The translations under genes were made by a program, and so were the position numbers. 64,000 bases of DNA from Takakia lepidozioides (lineage: Eukaryota > Plantae > Bryophyta). Each line of letters starts with the position of its first letter. Positions within the stretch are counted from its first letter, which is position 1. The notes under the pieces are model-generated. The model searched no databases and was not told where the DNA came from. It was given only the letters and a program-made list of their open reading frames with translations. The DNA is taken from assembly GCA_030704615.1 (NCBI GenBank), contig CM060733.1, forward strand, positions 18,476,001 through 18,540,000, in the 5' to 3' direction. Below, piece by piece: positions 58,430 through 64,000 of this stretch.

Positions 58430-61400
58430 AGCACAGAATTAACTGATGTACTGATAGATGGAGGTTCTGGAGTGAATATCATGACAGACCAATTAAGAAA
58501 GAAGCTTGGCCTAAGTAACATGAAACCAGCCCCATTTACAGTAACAATGGCAGATCAAAGAAGTGTACAACCATTGGGATTATAAGAGGAGTTAAGATAC
58601 AGATACAAAAGATGATCTTTATGATCACAGTAACTGTGTTGAAGATGGATGAAGTCATGGAGGCTTACTCCTTATTATTGGGACGTCCATGGTTGAAACA
58701 GGCCAGGGTATTCCATGACTGGAATTCTCAGTTACTAACCGTGCATAATGGGATACATGAGATACAAATTACCACAAAGAAATCTAGTAGATTATCTGCT
58801 ACAAGAATACCTCGAGGAGTCAGAGAGTATGACTGGAAAGGAGGACTGGATGAGGAGCAGGAAGCTACCCTATTTGCTGCACACCCAGAGTGGGAGCAGG
58901 TTGCAGAGATGCGGCTGGAAAGCCTAAGTTGTTTAAGAGGTATCTGCTGTGGTGTAGTGACAGCAACACCAACTGAAGAGGAAACCAGCATTTACCCATC
59001 ACATTTCTATGAAGAAAGAGAAGGAGAAATGGAAATCCTAGAGGAACCAGCCACTGTGAGCTTACAGGATGAAGTGGGTGACTGGTTGACATCCAGCTGA
59101 TGAGCAGGTGAGGGAAGTGAATGTGGGAACTAAAGAGTAACCGAGGATGGTGAAAGTAGGAGCTGATTTGGAGCCGGAATTCTTTGAAGAAGCTAAAAGT
59201 TTGTTCATCAAATACAGAGATGTATTTGCTTGGAGCTATGAGGATCTAAAAGGGATACCACCTGAAGTCTGTCAGCATAAGATTGAACTAGAACCAGGGT
59301 CAGTACCCATCAAGCAGGCGAGGTACAGAATGAATCCCAACTACGCACAGAAGGTTGGGAAGAGATAAAGAAGTTGGCTGAGGCTAAGTTTATATACCCA
59401 ATAGAGTATACAACTTGGTTGTCACCCATTGTTATAGTTCCCAAGAAGATGGTAAACTAAGAGTTTGTGTGAACTACAAGAAGCTGAATGCTTGTACGAA
59501 GAAAGATCCTTTCCCTTTGCCATTCAAAGAAGCTATTAGACACTGTGGCGGCCATGAGATGTACTCATTCATGGATGGCTTCAGTGGTTATAATCAAGTG
59601 CAAGTGGCAGAAGAAGACCAAGGAAAAACAGCTTTCATCACAGACTGGGGGCTTATGCATACAAAGTCATGCCCTTTGGACTTTGTAATGCACCAGCGAC
59701 CTTTCAGAGAGTGATAAGTGAATCTTTTCATAAGTATCTGGATGATTTCATGCAGGTATTCTTGGATGATTTCAGTGTGTACAGCTCTAAGAATGAGCAC
59801 TTACATAAATTGGAGTTATGTCTGGCGATGCAGGATGAGAGGTCTGGGCCTGAATCCAGAGAAGTGTACTTTCTGTGTGAACTCAGGGGTCTTCTGGACA
59901 CATTGTGTGTAAGAGGGGACTTCTTGTGGATCCCAGGAAAACAGAGGCCATTAAAGCCTCTCTACACCACCAGTGAATGTTAATAGCTAAGGAGATTCCT
60001 TGGGCAAACCAGTTATTACAGAAGATTTGTCAAAAGGTATGCACAAATAGCAGCACCATTGAGCAAGCTTCTGAAGAAAGATGCAGTGTTTGCCTGGACA
60101 GCTGAATGTCAGCAGGCGTTTGAGGAACTTACACTGTCAGTAACAACTACACCTGTGCTGATTAACCTCACTGGCATGTAGTATTTCATGTTCACTGCGA
60201 TGCATCAGGAGAAGCGTTGGGAGCGGTGTTAGCCCATAATGTTACAGAAAATATAGATTCACCTGTGTACTATGCTAGCAGGTTGATGAACAGTGCTGAA
60301 GGAACTATAGCACACGAAAGAGAAGCATTGGCAATGATCTATGCAGTGAAGAAATGTAGGCATTACCTGTTGGGCAAGAAGTTTATGTTCTATGTGGATC
60401 ACCAAGCTCTGATATACGTGGTAAAAAAACCTCTGATAAGCGGAAGAATAGCAAGATGGTTGATAATCTTACACGAGTTTGAGTTCGCGGTTGTTTACAA
60501 GCCTGGGAGACTGCATCTTGTGGCGGATCACTTTTCACGTTTATCAACAGGAGAACCAGCCACAGGAATAGATGACAATTACCGATGCGAGTCTATTTGC
60601 AGTGGAGGTGCAGGGAAGTGTAGATGACTGGTTAGATTGTCAGTGGCCAATCAGATACTACCTTGCTCATGGTCAGTGCCCACCTAGTTATGGTAAGGAG
60701 CAGAGGAAGAGAATCGCTATCAAAGCTTTACCTTATACTATGGTGAAGCAGAATGTATAAGCTAGGACCTAATGGAGTCTAAAACGATGCTTGTACCACC
60801 ATGAAGTAAATAAAGTTTTTGAGGAAGATCATAAAGGAGTGGCTGGAGGTCATTTTGGATAAGAGACTACCAGTAGGAAGATACTACTCGCAGTTACTGG
60901 TGGCCTACTTTGTTCAAAGATGTACACGAGTATTGTCAGAGTTGTGATGAATGTCAGAGGCTAGGACCTTTGCAGAGATCTGGAAGGATGGCCTTGCATC
61001 CTACAATGCCTACGGAACCATTTCAGAAATGGGGACTAGACTTTGTTGGACCGATTAACCCACCAGCCAAGAATACACGGAACAGGTACATAATTACACA
61101 CACATTATTACAGCACTGATTATACTACGAAGTGGGTGGAAGCTAAGCTTTGAGGGACAACACAGCCAAGTCCACAGCAAGGTTCATGTATGAGAACATA
61201 CTTACACGATTTGGCTGTCCCTTAGAATTTATCAGTGATCAGGGAAGTCACTTCATGAATGAGACCTTGAGTTGTTGACTAAGAGTTCATGATTGTGCAT
61301 AGAAAGAGTACAACATATTACCCACAGGGTAATGGGCAGGCAGAGGCTACCAAAAATACTATGTACTATCTTTGACTAAGATAGTCAATGCAAACAGAAC

Positions 61401-61890
61401 GGATGGGATACAAAGCTGCTGACAGTTTGTGGTCATACAGGACTTCATATAAAGTCACCACTAAGTATACACCATTCCAATTAGTTTATGGGTATGAAAG
61501 CCTTATTTCCAGTGGAATTCCTGTTACCTACCATGAGAACGGAGTGGGAAAGAGAATGGAATTGCAATATTCCATTAAGGTCAGGAAACATGAATTATAC
61601 CATGTGGAAGAAGTACGTGCTGATGCAGCTGATAATATGACCAGAATTCAGATGAAGAAAAGGAACAGTTTGATGAAGGCAAGTTAAAGACTTTAAGACA
61701 GGGGATTTGGTTCTAGGGTGCGAGAAGAAAGGAAAGATTAAAGCTTCTAAGCTTAAATCACCATGGAAAGGACCTTATGTCATACAAAAGATGTATGATA
61801 ACAACAACCGCCATGTTACAACCATTAACAAAGAAATGCTGGGAAGAGTCAATGCCAATAAGTTAAAGGATACAGTGGTATCCATGACAA
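58430..61890 (+). pseudogene. pol: Heavily frameshifted pol (PR-RT-RH-IN)
   Basis: KKDPFPLPF, MDGFSGYNQ, MPFGLCNAPATFQR, FLDD, CDAS, WGLDFVGP, SDQGSHF, WKGPY. Confidence 0.92.
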
Positions 61891-62017
61891 ACCCTTGCCA
61901 GCATGATTGCATGTTGAAACGCAAGAGCAGTCACGGGCTGCACCAGTGTTACCAACGAGTATGGAGCACTTGTCGCGAGGCCAAGCATATATGACCAGGG
62001 CGGGCGGACAAGGGGAA

Positions 62018-62205
62018 ACACAGCCTATCACAGCCCATCACGGCGAAACACAGCTTATCACAGCCCAGCACGGCGCAACACAGCCTATCACAGCCCATCA
62101 CAACGTGACATAGCCTATCACAGCCCAGCACGGCGCACACAGCCTCCACACCTAGCACCGCGTGTCACAGCCTATCACAGCTTACCACAGTGCATCACAG
62201 CCTAC
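62018..62205. repeat. CACAGCC(C/T)ATCA-based tandem repeats, the same core as the LTR arrays at 51740-51915 and 56127-56335
   Basis: Direct inspection. Confidence 0.85.
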
Positions 62206-62904
62206 TAGGGTTACACGATCCATAGAATCAGTGACAGGTGGACGCAATAACTTCAGGAAATGGCTGACGGAAGAAAGACGGAAACCAGTTTAAAAATAGA
62301 CACGTGGAAGTCAGGGCGCGACACACAGCTGAGAAGGAAGTGCAAGAACAGGTGTCATAAAGAAAGAGGACAAGAACGGCCGTCAAAATGGATGAAAGGC
62401 GGGCCCATTAATGAATACGGAAAAAGGGAACGGAACAAACGGCAAGTACAGAAAAGCGAAATTCTTGTCACATGTGTGATCCTAGTGGACTATCCAGCAG
62501 GGAAAGTCCACTAAAGAAAATGAAATCTAAAATCCAGTCACAGCGGTTACAGCCAATAGAAAGCCAGAGAAAGGATCAAGAAATTGGAGGGAAATTAAGC
62601 GCAAGAGTCGGCGTCGTTCTGAGTAACGGGCGTCTCGACGGGACAACCATCAATGCTATAGCTTTGAAGCTATGGAGGAACTAACACTATACGCTCGCAA
62701 TATTACTTACGCAGTGGCATAGGGACGAAAGAACAGAGCGGATCTTTTCTCTTGAGCGATGCTTGCAAGCCCCGCAGGCTTACAAGAAATTACCCATAGC
62801 TTTTTGTGGCAACCATACGTTTATGCTTTGTGCACTACAGGCATTTCTTCTGCAGTTGTTACAGCCAAAACATTTCTGTGGGTCTAAAATGAAGAGAGTG
62901 AGGA

Positions 62905-64000
62905 ATGGAGGAAATCAGGGTGAAGAGCACCACAATTCTGCAGAAACAAACGATTGCTACCCCACAGGCGATACAGATACTGAAGGAGCTGAGATTGCAA
63001 GGATTGCAAAGCAAGATTGGACATTGCACCATAGACAGTACATGTTACAATTTTTTGCAGAACTTTGAGCCAAGGACAGGAACAACAACGGTGAAGGGAG
63101 TTGAATTAGTAATTACTCCCCTATACCTCCAGCAATTGTTTCGATTGCCAGCAGGTCAGGTGCATGTGGAGGAGCACAGGGCAAGACTGCAAATAGGGAC
63201 TTATTCCAAGAAGGGAGTTTCTTTAAAACTCAGGGTTATGCTTGTACCAAGGCTGTACCCAGGGCTAAAGGAGGTAGGCCAGGTATTGAACGTTCTGTTG
63301 CCATGAAACAGAACCAACAGTATTTGAGCAGATCCTTCACAGAGGAAATACTCAAAGCCCTGAGAGGAGAAGAGGTAGAATGGGCGGACATAATGTACAA
63401 CGCACTGGTAGAGGAGATGAAAAGATTACAGGGTACAAAGTCTCCTATCATAGTGTCTGGCCCAATCATTGCTCAAATAATTCTTGATTCTGGCATACTT
63501 GATGCGCGAGAAAGAAAGGAGATGGGAGTGTTTGAGCCAGAAACCACTGCAATGGAAGAGCAAGGCTCTTCACACAGTGAGGGTGGACTGGCAGGGCAAC
63601 CCGAGAGAGAGAGGCGGGGAAAGACTGTAGTGGCGGATCCACTGGCTTCACGGAATCCGCATGATAATGTTTCCCAAGCTCTTGTGCAGGAAGGGGCACA
63701 GCAGCACAGAGAACTGCTATTACTGGAAGCAGGACCTTCAGAGAGGGAAGAGGAAGTTACTTCAGTATCACAACCATCACAGCCAGAGGATCGGCTTGTC
63801 ACAAGGTTACCACAAGTTGTCCATGCAGTTCAACCAGAAATAATTGATTTGGAAAAAGGGTTAGATATTCCCACTACAGAACAGGTGGTGGCAGAAATTG
63901 AGAAGGGGGACCTTCTCTATGAATATTCTGGTATGGTCAAGGACACAGTGATTCCGGAGGTGCAACGGTTGTCCAAGGGAAACCCTGCGGTGCATATAAT
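62905..64000 (+). pseudogene. Additional 3' ORF of family B, resembling Athila-ORF/'putative plant transposon protein' domains
   Basis: FLQNF..TVKGVELVITP..LFRLP and VEWADIMYNALVEEM..GPIIAQI pattern; frameshifted. Confidence 0.55.

Larger units (their letters stand above)
56003..64000 (+). mobile_element. Gypsy family B copy 2, nested in copy 1, gag core deleted, runs off the window
   Basis: LTR 56003-56984, PBS 56987-57004; the junction near 58317 joins B1 positions of about 53906 and 55584. Confidence 0.88.

Overview
Repeat-saturated eukaryotic region, most likely heterochromatin of a non-seed land plant (inferred from the TE families and a LONELY GUY exon). I see no intact host gene. The dominant feature is a young Ty3/Gypsy retrotransposon (family A, 7534-27885) arranged LTR-internal-LTR-internal-LTR inside one 4-bp TSD (CAGG). 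Its ends are non-canonical. The two PBS-proximal LTRs have no U5 att end (no terminal CA). Instead a perfect 20-bp palindrome, CACACTACA-TA-TGTAGTGTG, follows each PPT, and the integrated element starts with the right half and ends with the left half of that palindrome. This split-direct-repeat layout (A1-internal-B1-A2-B2) is what integration of a circular cDNA at an internal att palindrome would leave. The same element has a tandemly duplicated RNase H domain, an extra ORF upstream of gag and a frame break between protease and RT. The rest is nested, mostly decayed TEs: a Galadriel-like chromovirus inside an L1-type LINE, two nested Athila-like Gypsy copies (family B) with extra ORFs, CACTA and MITE-like elements, and Mutator-like elements with related termini (one next to a ParB/Srx-like pseudogene). 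There are also tRNA-derived SINE-like elements, one sharing a covarying 3' RNA structure with its neighbour. All calls were made by eye, without database searches.
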